Shown: positions 38,085 through 47,753 of the stretch, in pieces
Numbering within the stretch: position 1 is the first letter of the stretch
Layout of the letters: the number at the start of each line of letters is the position of its first letter
Origin: Armatimonadota bacterium
GTDB taxonomy: Bacteria; Armatimonadota; UBA5829; DSUL01
Reading direction: 5' to 3'
NCBI GenBank assembly: GCA_040769165.1
Contig: JAXGLP010000001.1
Coordinates: 1,091,165-1,155,164 of the forward strand
Length of the DNA stretch: 64,000 bases
Notes under the pieces: generated by a model
What the model was told of the DNA's origin: nothing
Databases searched by the model: none
What the model saw: only the letters and a program-made list of their open reading frames with translations
Position numbers and translations under genes: made by a program

Positions 38085-38876
38085 ATGCAGTACAGAGTAG
38101 ATGTTCTGAAAGTCGGAGAGTTCAGCGCATGCCCGGGCGTGCAGCTCTACTGGATGAGTAACCTCGGCGATGACGAGTGGGAGCCGCTCGCGGTGTACGC
38201 AATGCTGATTCGGGGCGGCGGCCGGACGGTGCTTGTCAACAGCGGGCCGCCGCTCGATGCGCTCGAAGGTCTTAACCGCATCTGGATGGAGGGGACCGGC
38301 GGGCGCCAACGCCTGATCGTTAACCCCGAAGACCACATCGAGCGCAGGCTGGAGGCGCTCGGCGTCAAGCCCGTAGATGTGGATATGCTGATCCTGACGC
38401 CGCTGCAGAGTTATGCCACCGGAGGCCTGGACAAGTTCCCGCGCGCGCAGATCTGCGTCAACCGCTACGGGTGGGGGGAACTCTTCGCGCCGCGCTGGAA
38501 GCCGCACCCGCACGATAAGCTCCACATGTGCATCATCCCCCAGCTGATTACACACGTGTTCACGGATGCCTGGGATCGGGTGACGATGATGGAGAACGAG
38601 CACCAGGTTGCGCCCGATCTGGACGTCTGGTGGACCGGCGTGCATCACCGGAGCAGCGTCGCCGTGCGGGTCGAGACCAGCGAGGGCGTGGTCGTATTCT
38701 CGGACTGCTTCTTCCGCTATGAGAACATAACCGGGAACCGCATTCTGGGCATCAACGAGAGCATGTACGAAGCCCTTGCCGCCTACGAGCGCATACGCCG
38801 GACGGCGGACATCCTTGTGCCCATGTACGATCTCCGCGTCATCCGGGACCATCCCGAAGGAAGGATCGGCGCCTGA
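38085..38876 (+). CDS. MBL-fold (AHL-lactonase-like) protein with a degenerate metal-binding motif
   Basis: AMLIRGGGRTVLVNSG, LEALGVKPVDVDMLILT, TGVHH.SS..V.V.T..G, FSD, P.YD follow the AiiA-like layout, but TPLQSYA replaces THxHxDH. Confidence 0.65.
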   Translation: MQYRVDVLKVGEFSACPGVQLYWMSNLGDDEWEPLAVYAMLIRGGGRTVLVNSGPPLDALEGLNRIWMEGTGGRQRLIVNPEDHIERRLEALGVKPVDVDMLILTPLQSYATGGLDKFPRAQICVNRYGWGELFAPRWKPHPHDKLHMCIIPQLITHVFTDAWDRVTMMENEHQVAPDLDVWWTGVHHRSSVAVRVETSEGVVVFSDCFFRYENITGNRILGINESMYEALAAYERIRRTADILVPMYDLRVIRDHPEGRIGA

Positions 38877-39658
38877 TGCTCGAGTTGTTCTCCTCCCGTC
38901 CGGGCCACCCGCCTGTGTCGCTTGTCACGGGCGCATCGCGTGGCATCGGCGCGGCGATCGCGCGTGCCCTCGCAGCCGGAGGCTCGGATGTGGCCATCAC
39001 GCATCTTGACGACGACGCGAACGCGCGCCGTGTTGTGTATGAAATCCGTCAGATGGGGCGGCGCGCCATACAGATGGATGCTGACGTGGCGAGCGCGACG
39101 GAAGCGGAGTCGGCCGTGCGGAACACCCTTCAGGAGTTCGGGCGCATAGACATTCTCGAGTGCAATGCGGGCATCTGCCCGTTTGCGGAGTTCTTCGACA
39201 TCAGCGAGGAGATGTGGGACCGCGTAATTGCGGTCAACCTGAAGGGAGTCTTCCTGACGGGGCAGATGGTGGCGCGGCATATGGTGGAACGCGGGGGAGG
39301 CGGGCGCATCATCACGACCGGCTCCATATCGAGCATGGTGGGCGGAAGCAGGCAGGCGCACTACTGCGCGTCCAAGGCAGGTGAGAACCTCTTGATCAAG
39401 AGCATGGCCATCAGCCTGTCTCCGCACGGGATCACCTGCAATGCCGTCCTGCCGGGGACTATTGAGACCGACATCAATCGAATGGCTCTGGCCGATCCGG
39501 CTCTCAGGACACGGCTGGAAGAAGGGACCCCGGCGGGCAGGCTGGGGCGGCCCGATGACGTGGCGGCCGCTGCTGTCTGGCTGGCGTCACGCGAAGCCGA
39601 GTGGACAACCGGTTCGCTCGTTGTTGTGGATGGAGGAACTACATCGGTGCTTCAGTAA
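38876..39658 (+). CDS. SDR-family oxidoreductase, L-rhamnose 1-dehydrogenase-like
   Basis: [52 protein letters not shown]; these motifs resemble the LRA1/RhaDH type as I recall it. Confidence 0.75.
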   Translation: MLELFSSRPGHPPVSLVTGASRGIGAAIARALAAGGSDVAITHLDDDANARRVVYEIRQMGRRAIQMDADVASATEAESAVRNTLQEFGRIDILECNAGICPFAEFFDISEEMWDRVIAVNLKGVFLTGQMVARHMVERGGGGRIITTGSISSMVGGSRQAHYCASKAGENLLIKSMAISLSPHGITCNAVLPGTIETDINRMALADPALRTRLEEGTPAGRLGRPDDVAAAAVWLASREAEWTTGSLVVVDGGTTSVLQ

Positions 39659-39716
39659 CGGGCAGATGGCACGCGCTGCGCGGGTGCTGCAGTATGGGGG
39701 GCGGTGGAGAGGAAGT

Positions 39717-40436
39717 ATGAGAAAACCGGGCATTCGCAGGGGCTTCACCCTTATCGAACTTCTTGTTGTCATCGCCATCATCGCTATTCTGGCGGCGATC
39801 CTGTTTCCAGTGTTCGCCCGCGCTAAGGAAGCGGCCCGCAGGTCGGCCTGTCTGAACAATCTGAAACAGATCGGTATCGCGGTGATGATGTACGTGGACG
39901 ACTGGAAGGGCCACTATCCGCGCGAAGCGCAGCACGTGCCGCCGCCGGGCTTCTCTCAGGGGTCGAATTGGGACTCCACCGGTTCGATGGCGACAGGCTG
40001 CATGTGGACGTTTCGGGGCTACCTCAAAGAGCGGAAGGTCTGGATGTGCCCGTCAGGAGGCCGGCGGAAGTTCAAGGCGACCGTGTACGACCATCCATCG
40101 CGAGTCCCGGTCGGGCAGATATGGGCTCAGGTCGGGTGGATTGTGCATCCCGAACTTGGAGGGGAGATCTGCACCAACTACTCGGCATACGCGTTCGCAA
40201 GGCATCCCGGACAGCCGCACCCTCCCAACGATCCCCTGTGCGCGCTTGGAAAGACGCCGGACGAGTTCTACAGCGACTGCCTTCGCGACGGCTACAACGC
40301 GTGGCTGATCCACGACAGCTACAGCTACAGTCAAGACGCGAGCAAGTACTTCTTCCCGCACAAGGGTGGAATCAGCGGCATCTTCTACGACGGCCACGCG
40401 AAGTGGTTCAAAGACACGCGCGTCAATTTCGACTGA
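39717..40436 (+). CDS. Prepilin-type N-terminal cleavage/methylation protein (DUF1559-like, H-X9-DG)
   Basis: [44 protein letters not shown]; C-terminal [15 protein letters not shown]. Confidence 0.93.
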   Translation: MRKPGIRRGFTLIELLVVIAIIAILAAILFPVFARAKEAARRSACLNNLKQIGIAVMMYVDDWKGHYPREAQHVPPPGFSQGSNWDSTGSMATGCMWTFRGYLKERKVWMCPSGGRRKFKATVYDHPSRVPVGQIWAQVGWIVHPELGGEICTNYSAYAFARHPGQPHPPNDPLCALGKTPDEFYSDCLRDGYNAWLIHDSYSYSQDASKYFFPHKGGISGIFYDGHAKWFKDTRVNFD

Positions 40437-40463
40437 GTAGAGACTGTGGGGGAGGCGGAAGCT

Positions 40464-40613
40464 AAAAGACCTGCCGGGGGGACATCCCTTCTCTCTGGCC
40501 CCGTCTTTCCGATATCCCCCCGGTCAGGTTATGTGAGCGCCCCGGCGCTTCCGGGGCTGATACTTGCTTCCAGACGAGCGCGCCGCATGAACGGCGCCGC
40601 GGTGACTTACCGC
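40464..40613 (-). ncRNA. Candidate ~150-nt structured small RNA, unassigned
   Basis: Extended -10 promoter upstream, four consecutive hairpins, and a terminal 18-bp stem followed by CTTTT. See findings. Confidence 0.55.
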
Positions 40614-40619
40614 AAAGCT

Positions 40620-40646
40620 ATTATACCAGCGATTTCTGTCCGTCAA
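40620..40646 (-). promoter_or_regulatory. Promoter of the candidate small RNA
   Basis: Minus strand: TTGACG (40646-40641), 15-nt spacer ending in TGG, TATAAT (40625-40620). The spacer is short, but the extended -10 is consensus. Confidence 0.55.
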
Positions 40647-40716
40647 ACACAGATGAAGTCAAGGTGCAAGAGAATTCTGCATCGCGTTGGCCTGGGAGGA
40701 GTGCGGTCGCAGGAAG

Positions 40717-40745
40717 AAGCCCCGGAAGGGCTGGTTCCGGGGCTT
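40717..40745. terminator. Hairpin downstream of tRNA-Glu, probable terminator
   Basis: 11-bp stem AAGCCCCGGAA / TTCCGGGGCTT with a 7-nt loop; weak U-tract. Confidence 0.5.
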
Positions 40746-40770
40746 TCTGCGAATGGTCAGGTGTAATGCT

Positions 40771-40843
40771 TACCCCCAACGGGATTCGAACCCGTGCTGC
40801 CGCCGTGAAAGAGCGGTGTGCTAGGCCACTGCACTATGGGGGC
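40771..40843 (-). tRNA. tRNA-Glu (anticodon TTC), CCA not encoded
   Basis: Minus strand GCCCCCATAGTGCAGTGGCCTAGCACACCGCTCTTTCACGGCGGCAGCACGGGTTCGAATCCCGTTGGGGGTA: acceptor stem, anticodon arm CCGCT-CTTTCAC-GGCGG, T-loop GTTCGAATC. Confidence 0.97.
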
Positions 40844-40881
40844 GCGGCTGGCCGGTGCTGCACTGATGTGCGGGCCGAGGG

Positions 40882-40911
40882 ATTTTACCCGCGCCCTGCC
40901 AGGGGTGTCAA
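40882..40911 (-). promoter_or_regulatory. Sigma70-type promoter for tRNA-Glu
   Basis: Minus strand TTGACA (40911-40906), 18-nt spacer, TAAAAT (40887-40882). Confidence 0.65.
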
Positions 40912-40952
40912 CGCGAGGCTTATGAAAAGCTTGAAACGCTGCCCCTCAGGCG

Positions 40953-40982
40953 TTGACAGGAATTCCCGCATTCCGGTAGGAT
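40953..40982 (+). promoter_or_regulatory. Sigma70-type promoter for guaB-guaA-hpt
   Basis: TTGACA (40953-40958), 18-nt spacer, TAGGAT (40977-40982); GGAGG RBS at 40996-41000. Confidence 0.6.
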
Positions 40983-41012
40983 GTCGAAAACGCCAGGAGG
41001 TTCACCCTATAT

Positions 41013-42173
41013 TTGGACATCCTTCTCGGGGGGCATAAATGGGCCCGGCGCAGCTACGGCTTTGACGAGGTGTCGGTAGCTTGCGGGTCCACCACCACTG
41101 ACCCGGATGACACAGACACCTCATTCTCGCTAGGACCGTTCGACTTCCGTATTCCGATCCTTGCCTCCGCGATGGATGGCGCCGTCAGTCCGTCTGTCTG
41201 CCAGCTTATGGGCAGGCTCGGCGGGCTGGCAGTCCTCAACCTGGAAGGCCTCTTCACCCGTCACGCTGACTATCAGGCACAACTTGACCGCGTCATCGGC
41301 GCGTCTCAGGACGAGGTTGTTCCGCTTCTTCAGAGTCTGTACCGTGAGCCGGTAAAGCCGGATCTGGCGGCGGAGCGCGTTCGTGAGATCAAAGCGGACG
41401 GCACCGTTTCGGCAGCGTCTGTCACTCCCGCGGCATTCGCAACGGCCGGGAAGGCGGTACTGGAGGCAGGGCTGGACATCCTTGTCATTCAGTCCACTGT
41501 GACTTCCGCGCACCATCTGTCGCAGAAGGGTTCGGCGGTCGGAATTGCCGATATCTGCCGTAACAGCGGGGTGCCGGTCGTTGTGGGCAATGTTGTGACG
41601 TACGAAGGGGCGTACGCACTTATGGAGGCTGGCGCGGCGGCGATTCTTGTTGGCATCGGGCCCGGCGCCGCATGCACCACAAGGCGTGTGTGCGGGGTGG
41701 GGGTGCCGCAGGTTACCGCGGTTGCCGATGCGGCGGCCGCGCGGGACGACTTTTACAGCCTTACGGGCAGACGGGTCGCGGTGATAGCCGACGGAGGCAT
41801 GCGCACGGGCGGCGATGTCGTGAAGGCGATTGCGGCAGGATCCGACGCCGTCATGATCGGGTCGCCGATTGCGGCCTGCGCCGAGGCGCCGGGCCGAGGG
41901 TGGCACTGGGGCATGGCGACAGCCCACCAGGGGCTGCCCCGCGGAACCCGCATTCGGGTCGGTGAACTGGGGCCTCTCGAACAGATTCTGTACGGGCCCG
42001 CGAAGTCGGACGACGGAACGATGAACTTTATCGGCGCTCTCAAGGTTGCTATGGGCTACTGCGGGAAGCGCACCATCCGAGAGATGCAGACTGCGGATCT
42101 GGTTGTGGCGCCGGCGATTCCGACAGAAGGCAAGGCCCAGCAGCGGGCGCAGAAGGTGGGGCAGGGCAGTTGA
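41013..42173 (+). CDS. guaB: IMP dehydrogenase-related protein, GuaB3 family (no CBS domains)
   Basis: [37 protein letters not shown] (catalytic Cys), IADGG, HWGMAT. Confidence 0.9.
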   Translation: MDILLGGHKWARRSYGFDEVSVACGSTTTDPDDTDTSFSLGPFDFRIPILASAMDGAVSPSVCQLMGRLGGLAVLNLEGLFTRHADYQAQLDRVIGASQDEVVPLLQSLYREPVKPDLAAERVREIKADGTVSAASVTPAAFATAGKAVLEAGLDILVIQSTVTSAHHLSQKGSAVGIADICRNSGVPVVVGNVVTYEGAYALMEAGAAAILVGIGPGAACTTRRVCGVGVPQVTAVADAAAARDDFYSLTGRRVAVIADGGMRTGGDVVKAIAAGSDAVMIGSPIAACAEAPGRGWHWGMATAHQGLPRGTRIRVGELGPLEQILYGPAKSDDGTMNFIGALKVAMGYCGKRTIREMQTADLVVAPAIPTEGKAQQRAQKVGQGS

Positions 42174-43723
42174 CTAACGCTCACGTGGCAGTCCCGGACG
42201 AACGCATTGTTCTGATTGACTTCGGAGCGCAGTACAGCCAGCTTATCACCCGCCGCGTTCGCGAGTGCCATGTGTACAGCGAACTCGTGTCGTGGGAGAC
42301 TCCCGTCGAAGAGATTGCCGCCCGGAACCCCCGGGGCATCATCCTGAGCGGCGGACCATCGAGCGTCTACGACGAAGGCGCTCCGAGCGCCGACCCCAGG
42401 CTGTTCGAACTGGGCGTGCCCGTGCTTGGCATCTGCTACGGGATGCAGCTCATGGCGTATCAGCTCGGCGGAAAGGTGCTGCCGGGCGACAACCGCGAGT
42501 ATGGCAAGACCGAACTGCGCGTGAGCGACCAGAGTTCCCTTTTTGAAGGCCTGAACCCGGAACTCATCTGCTGGATGAGCCACGGTGATCTGGTGCAGGA
42601 GCCGCCTCCCGGCTTTGATGTAATCGCAAGCACGGCGAGCACTCCTGTGGCCGCCATGGCCAATCCGGAGAAGCGGCAGTTCGGCGTGCAGTTCCATCCC
42701 GAGGTGGTGCACACGCCGTGGGGTATTGAGATTCTGCGCAACTTTCTGTACCGGCAGTGTGGTTGCGAGGGCTCCTGGACCATGGAATCGTTCGTGTCCG
42801 AGGCCACGGACTGGATCCGCGGCAGGGTGGGGGACGGTCGTGTCCTGTGCGCGCTGAGCGGTGGGGTGGATAGCTCCACGACGGCCGCGCTGGTGCACCG
42901 GGCCATAGGCGACCAGATTACCTGCATTTTCGTGAACCATGGACTTCTGCGCGCCGAGGAGCCCGAGCGAGTCCGGGCCACATTCGAGCAAAACTTCAAG
43001 ATGAACCTGGTGTACGTGGATGCGTCCGACAGGTTCCTTGAAAAGCTCGAGGGCGTGGTTGATCCGGAGCGCAAACGCAAGCTTATCGGGGCGGAGTTCG
43101 TGAGTGTGTTCGAGGAAGAAGCGAACAGGCTCGGGAAGTTCAACTTTCTGGCCCAGGGGACTCTCTACCCGGACGTGATCGAGAGCGGCACGAAGAACGC
43201 CGCACTGATCAAGACGCACCACAACGTGGGCGGGCTGCCCGAGAACATGAACTTCGAGCTGCTCGAGCCCATGCGGGACCTCTTTAAGGACGAAGTGCGC
43301 AGCGTGGCAACGGAACTCGGCCTGCCGAGCGAGCTTGTCTGGCGTCAGCCGTTCCCCGGCCCGGGGCTTGCTATCCGGATTATCGGAGAGGTGACACGGG
43401 AGCGGCTCGAAATGCTGAGACGCGCGGACTGGGTCGTTGTGGATGAGGTCAAGCGGGCCGGTCTTTACCGGCAACTCTTCCATGCCTTCGCGGTGCTCCT
43501 CCCGATACGCAGCACGGGCGTGATGGGCGACCAGCGGACTTATGCCTATCCGATCTGCGTCCGTGCAGTCACGAGCGAGGATGTAATGACCGCGGACTGG
43601 GCGCGCCTACCGTACGAAGTGCTGGAGCGGATTTCGAGCCGGATCACAAATGAAGTGCCGGGTGTAAACCGGGTGGTTCTGGACATCAGTTCCAAGCCGC
43701 CGGCAACAATTGAATGGGAATGA
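42170..43723 (+). CDS. guaA: GMP synthase (glutamine-hydrolysing)
   Basis: [62 protein letters not shown]. Confidence 0.99.
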   Translation: MTNAHVAVPDERIVLIDFGAQYSQLITRRVRECHVYSELVSWETPVEEIAARNPRGIILSGGPSSVYDEGAPSADPRLFELGVPVLGICYGMQLMAYQLGGKVLPGDNREYGKTELRVSDQSSLFEGLNPELICWMSHGDLVQEPPPGFDVIASTASTPVAAMANPEKRQFGVQFHPEVVHTPWGIEILRNFLYRQCGCEGSWTMESFVSEATDWIRGRVGDGRVLCALSGGVDSSTTAALVHRAIGDQITCIFVNHGLLRAEEPERVRATFEQNFKMNLVYVDASDRFLEKLEGVVDPERKRKLIGAEFVSVFEEEANRLGKFNFLAQGTLYPDVIESGTKNAALIKTHHNVGGLPENMNFELLEPMRDLFKDEVRSVATELGLPSELVWRQPFPGPGLAIRIIGEVTRERLEMLRRADWVVVDEVKRAGLYRQLFHAFAVLLPIRSTGVMGDQRTYAYPICVRAVTSEDVMTADWARLPYEVLERISSRITNEVPGVNRVVLDISSKPPATIEWE

Positions 43724-43733
43724 TTTAGCGACT

Positions 43734-44288
43734 ATGAATCAACGCGACGACATCGCGCAGATCCTCGTAACGGAGGATCAGATTCGGGAACGTGTCCGTG
43801 AACTGGGCGCGCAGATATCCCGCGACTACGAGGGCAAGGAACTCGTCATGGTGGGCGTTCTGAAGGGCGCCGCCGTTTTTCTGGCCGACCTGGTGCGGGC
43901 GATCAGCATCCCCGTCTCCTACGACTTTGTAGCCATTTCAAGCTATGGGGCAGACAGCAAGTCTTCGGGCGTGGTGCGAATCATCAAGGACCTTGACGAA
44001 AGCGTCGTCAGCAAGCACGTGCTGGTGGTCGAGGATATAGTGGACACAGGCTGGACGCTCAGGCTGTCGTATCTTGTCGAGAACCTGAGGTCACGCAAGG
44101 CGGCAAGCGTCAGGGTGTGCGCTCTTCTCGATAAGCCCAGCCGCCGCGAGATGGGCGTAAACCTGGACTACAACGGCTTTACCGTCGAAGATCGCTACGT
44201 CGTCGGGTACGGGCTCGACTACAACGGCGCCTACCGGAGCCTCCCGTTCATAGGGGTGCTGAAGCCGGAGGTCTACGGGGGCGGGTGA
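43734..44288 (+). CDS. hpt: Hypoxanthine phosphoribosyltransferase
   Basis: GVLKGA..F.ADL, SSYG, VLVVEDIVDTG.TL, LLDKP, VVGYGLDY. Confidence 0.97.
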   Translation: MNQRDDIAQILVTEDQIRERVRELGAQISRDYEGKELVMVGVLKGAAVFLADLVRAISIPVSYDFVAISSYGADSKSSGVVRIIKDLDESVVSKHVLVVEDIVDTGWTLRLSYLVENLRSRKAASVRVCALLDKPSRREMGVNLDYNGFTVEDRYVVGYGLDYNGAYRSLPFIGVLKPEVYGGG

Positions 44289-44341
44289 TCGTCCCGCCCG
44301 CGACCCGCTGGCCAGCACGCGCAAAAAAACATTACAGACTC

Positions 44342-44371
44342 TAGACAAACCGCAGGAGGGGGGTATATAAT
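44342..44371 (+). promoter_or_regulatory. Probable rho promoter
   Basis: TAGACA (44342-44347), 18-nt spacer, TATAAT (44366-44371); A-tract upstream. Confidence 0.6.
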
Positions 44372-44732
44372 CTCGGTGGGTCTGCGTCCTCCCCGTACTC
44401 GCGTAATTCAGCGTTTTTCACATGAGATTTGCAGGTCGTAGACCCCTGTGTGCGCTCGAACTCTGAACTCCTGATATCCCACCGCCAGACCCTGGTGTCT
44501 GCGGGTGCAGTGAGTCTCAGCCGTTTGTGTGCTCCTGTCCCCCGATAACCCCCAGCGTACGACGCGCAGGCGGGGCGGCCGGGGGCGCAAGCCGGGGGGT
44601 GGATCGTCATGCCGAGTCTCATTCTTCTCTGAAGGTGTCCTGAGCGCTCAGAAGGGACTGTCGCTCGGGCTTCTTGCCTCATATCTTGTAATGTTTTCTG
44701 AGGCACAGGTCACAAAAGAGGTGAACCCACAG

Positions 44733-46004
44733 TTGGAAACCCTAGAACTTTCAACTCTCGATTCAAAAGACGTCGAAGAACTCCAGCAGATCGCGCGCGA
44801 TCTCAACATTGATCCGCAGACGCATCGCAAGCAGGACCTTGTCCTCAGGATCATTGAGTGCCAGACCGAGGCCGCCGGTTTCAAGGTGCGGCAGGGCGTC
44901 CTGGAGATACTGCCGGACGGGTGGGGGTTCCTGCGGGGACGCAACTTTGCCCCCGCCGCGGACGACATCTACGTCTCCCAGTCACAAATCAAGCGCTTCG
45001 GGCTCAAGACCGGCGACACGGTTACTGGCCAGGTTCGGCCTCCGAAAGACACTGAGAAGTATTACGGACTCCTGAGGGTGGAACTTGTCAACGGTCTGGA
45101 TCCGGAGACGGCGCGGGCGCGCCGCAACTTCGACGACCTTACTCCGATCTACCCGAACGAGCGCCTGGTCCTCGAGACCGACGCCAAGGGCATCAGCGCG
45201 CGTCTGATAGACCTTATCGCGCCGATTGGCAAAGGGCAGCGCGGACTGATCGTTGCTCCGCCTAAAGCCGGCAAGACGATCCTCCTGAAGACCATCGCCA
45301 ACGCCATCACCATCAACCACTCCGAAGTGCGCCTCATCGTGCTGCTGATAGATGAGCGTCCCGAGGAAGTCACCGACATTCGCCGGTCCGTGGACGGAGA
45401 CGTGGTCAGTTCTACGTTCGACGAGCCGCCGGAGAACCACATGCGGGTGGCGGATATGGTGCTGGAGCAGGCGAAGCGGCTGGTGGAGTCGGGCAAGGAT
45501 GTTGTCGTGCTTCTCGACAGCCTCACGCGTCTCAGCAGGGCGTCCAACCTTACCGTCAACCCGAGCGGACGGACGCTTTCTGGAGGCCTCGACCCTGTGG
45601 CTCTCTATCGCCCGAAGCGCTTCTTCGGGGCAGCCAGAAACATCGAGGAGGGCGGAAGCCTTACGGTGCTGTCCACCTGCCTGGTTGAAACAGGCAGCCG
45701 CATGGACGACATGATCTTCGAAGAATTCAAAGGTACGGGTAATATGGAATTGGCGCTGGACAGATCGCTGGCCGAGCGCCGGATCTACCCGGCAATAGAT
45801 GTGAAGCGGTCCGGGACCCGGCACGACGAGCTGCTCTATGATGAGGACACGCTGAAGCGGATCTGGCAGCTGCATCGGTTGATGGCTGCGCTTGGGACGG
45901 TGGAATCAACTGAGTTGCTGATAGACCGGCTCCAGCACACCAAGTCGAACAAGGAGTTCTTGCAGATCGTTGACAAGACGCTGAAAGCAGCGGACGTGGA
46001 CTAG
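44733..46004 (+). CDS. rho: Transcription termination factor Rho
   Basis: [69 protein letters not shown] 44733 follows a GAGGTG RBS (GTG 44721 is an alternative). Confidence 0.98.
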   Translation: METLELSTLDSKDVEELQQIARDLNIDPQTHRKQDLVLRIIECQTEAAGFKVRQGVLEILPDGWGFLRGRNFAPAADDIYVSQSQIKRFGLKTGDTVTGQVRPPKDTEKYYGLLRVELVNGLDPETARARRNFDDLTPIYPNERLVLETDAKGISARLIDLIAPIGKGQRGLIVAPPKAGKTILLKTIANAITINHSEVRLIVLLIDERPEEVTDIRRSVDGDVVSSTFDEPPENHMRVADMVLEQAKRLVESGKDVVVLLDSLTRLSRASNLTVNPSGRTLSGGLDPVALYRPKRFFGAARNIEEGGSLTVLSTCLVETGSRMDDMIFEEFKGTGNMELALDRSLAERRIYPAIDVKRSGTRHDELLYDEDTLKRIWQLHRLMAALGTVESTELLIDRLQHTKSNKEFLQIVDKTLKAADVD

Positions 46005-46081
46005 ATTCGCCTGGCTCACCTCCTTCTGCTTTGTACTGTGCGCCCTGGCTGGCGGCCATGGCGTTGAGGAATGTGTACTTC

Positions 46082-46624
46082 GTGAGCGAACCAGAGGAAT
46101 CGCAGGACAAGCCGGAGCGTGACGAAGAGAGCGACCCGTTCAGCGAGACGCCATTTGATGAGCTGAGCGGCCGCTACCCGGATGAGCGGAACCTCGAAGA
46201 GCGTGAGGTCCGGGTCGCCGGAGTCTATGTCCACGCCGACGCCGCCACCGGCGTCAGAGGCGATTTCGTGCTCGTTCGCGACAACCGGGAGCGGTGCGTC
46301 CTCATCTGGGTTGGGCAGTTCGAGGCCTCGGCAATCTCCATGGCATTGCAGGGCCTTACCGGGGACAGACCTCTCACTCACGAACTGTTGAAGAACCTCG
46401 CCGAGCGCCTGGGCGGCGCAATCGAGCGTGTGGTGATTGACGACCTGTGGGGCGAGACTTTTTACGCGAAGATATGGCTTCGGGTGAACGGAAAGTCGCT
46501 GCCAGTTGACTCCCGGCCGAGCGATGCAATAGCGCTGGCGCTGAGAGCCGAAGCGCCGCTCTATATGACAGAAGCAGTGCTCGAAGAGGCGTCGCGACCT
46601 TGCGAAGACCTCGAGGGGGGCTGA
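46082..46624 (+). CDS. Bifunctional nuclease (DUF151/BFN) family protein
   Basis: LIWVGQFEASAI, RPLTHELL, TFYA, DSRPSDAIALALR...P. Start is uncertain. Confidence 0.9.
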   Translation: MSEPEESQDKPERDEESDPFSETPFDELSGRYPDERNLEEREVRVAGVYVHADAATGVRGDFVLVRDNRERCVLIWVGQFEASAISMALQGLTGDRPLTHELLKNLAERLGGAIERVVIDDLWGETFYAKIWLRVNGKSLPVDSRPSDAIALALRAEAPLYMTEAVLEEASRPCEDLEGG

Positions 46625-46645
46625 ACAGTGGGGGAGCGGGTTTTG

Positions 46646-46676
46646 AGCGGCTTCCGCATCAGGCGCGGAAGCCGTT
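46646..46676 (+). terminator. Hairpin after the DUF151 gene, probable terminator
   Basis: Stem AGCGGCTTCCGC / GCGGAAGCCGTT (one G-U pair) with a 7-nt loop; weak U-tract. Confidence 0.5.
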
Positions 46677-46694
46677 AGCTTATCGCGCTGTACG

Positions 46695-46722
46695 ACTCAA
46701 CATAATATATCTTATCAGACGC
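46695..46722 (-). other. dif-like XerC/XerD recombination site
   Basis: Minus strand GCGTCTGATAA-GATATA-TTATGTTGAGT: 11-6-11 layout resembling E. coli dif GGTGCGCATAA-TGTATA-TTATGTTAAAT; AT-rich and intergenic. Confidence 0.75.
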
Positions 46723-46810
46723 ACAGGCGGGCACCCAGAACCGAGCGTTTGGCACTGTCTTGAAAGGGTGTGCGCGGGTCGCGTGAGGGTCTTGGCCGGG
46801 GCCTTAGTGT

Positions 46811-47029
46811 CTAGGCGCGAACGGGCTGGGCGATACGCAGGGCTTTGTCTATCTCCGCAATCGTGCCCTGGCATTCGGAGATGATGTCCGTCACGTCACG
46901 GACGTGGTCTGCTGAGTGCGTCGCTGAGTAAACAGCGCGTCCGACAATGCCCGCCACGGCGAGTGCCGCAATGGCGCCAACCACAAGAACAATAGCGTTA
47001 AGTCCGCAGTCTGTATCCGAATCGTTCAT
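46811..47029 (-). CDS. Small membrane-anchored hypothetical protein
   Basis: 72 aa, one TM helix plus an amphipathic helix; 21 nt downstream of the response regulator. Confidence 0.55.
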   Translation of the reverse strand: MNDSDTDCGLNAIVLVVGAIAALAVAGIVGRAVYSATHSADHVRDVTDIISECQGTIAEIDKALRIAQPVRA

Positions 47030-47050
47030 TGCTGCTGCAGGCGGCTGGTG

Positions 47051-47461
47051 TCAGGATATCTCGAAGCGTCCGCCGCCGTCTCCCATGTCTTCCAATGACT
47101 TAAAGATGCGCTTCACGAAAGATATCAGCTCCATCGGGTTGAAGGGCTTGGTCAGGTAGCAGTCAACGCCCGACTGCCATCCTTTGAAGACGTCAGCATC
47201 CTGGGCCTTTGCCGTGAGCATAATGACCGGGATGTCGCGTGTATTCGCATTGCGCCGCAGGTTCTGAAGGACCTCGAAACCGTCCATGTAGGGCATCATG
47301 ACGTCGAGCACGACAAGGTCCGGCTTCTCGGATTCCACCTTCTCGAGCGCTTCGCGGCCGTCGTTGGCCGTGACGACCTCATACCCCTGCCGCTCCAGGT
47401 TCACCTGGACCAGTCTGACTATGTGCTTCTCGTCATCTACGGCTAATATCTTTTTCGGCAT
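47051..47461 (-). CDS. Single-domain response regulator (receiver only)
   Basis: ILAVDDE, PDLVVLDVMMP.MDG, PVIMLTA, YLTKPF; AAGGA RBS. Confidence 0.96.
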   Translation of the reverse strand: MPKKILAVDDEKHIVRLVQVNLERQGYEVVTANDGREALEKVESEKPDLVVLDVMMPYMDGFEVLQNLRRNANTRDIPVIMLTAKAQDADVFKGWQSGVDCYLTKPFNPMELISFVKRIFKSLEDMGDGGGRFEIS

Positions 47462-47514
47462 CTGCAAATCCTTGAGTTTCGGCTATGCCCCGCCCGGCCT
47501 GGCTCTCGTTGAGG

Positions 47515-47544
47515 AGTTTATCATACCGTAGAATTCCCTGTCAA
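47515..47544 (-). promoter_or_regulatory. Sigma70-type promoter for the response regulator
   Basis: Minus strand TTGACA (47544-47539), 18-nt spacer ending in TGA, TAAACT (47520-47515). Confidence 0.6.
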
Positions 47545-47753
47545 CGAAGCGCGGGCAAACGCATATTCGCTTTTGTTGACAGCGAATGCGCCCGAAGGGT
47601 TCCCCCACCCTGCCGTTTTGATCCTGTGTGGGCGGCCCGGGACGGTCTGGCGCGCATCATTTTGGTGCACACGACGGGGCCGGGTTCGCGTATAATAGCA
47701 GGCGATATGGTTCGAGTTTCTTGCTTCTTCGGAATGGTTTTCGTACGCCTCTC

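Noticed and set aside
39441-39716. Upstream extension of the prepilin-like ORF
   Set aside because: It overlaps the SDR gene. The short basic leader [14 protein letters not shown] from ATG 39717 is a typical class III signal peptide.
34488-40843. Possible genomic island integrated at the tRNA-Glu 3' end
   Set aside because: No integrase, no duplicated tRNA 3' fragment noticed, and no evident compositional shift.
40983-41012. Purine riboswitch ahead of guaB-guaA-hpt
   Set aside because: The predicted leader is only about 25 nt and lacks the aptamer consensus.
40446-41038. ORFs 40446..40766 and 40664..41038
   Set aside because: No recognisable protein features; they overlap the tRNA, promoters and hairpin-rich non-coding elements.
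44529-44732. N-terminal extension of Rho, as seen in some high-GC Rho proteins
   Set aside because: The extension lacks an RBS and protein-like composition. The Rho N-terminal domain starts right after the GAGGTG/TTG 44733 start, so the region is better explained as leader RNA.
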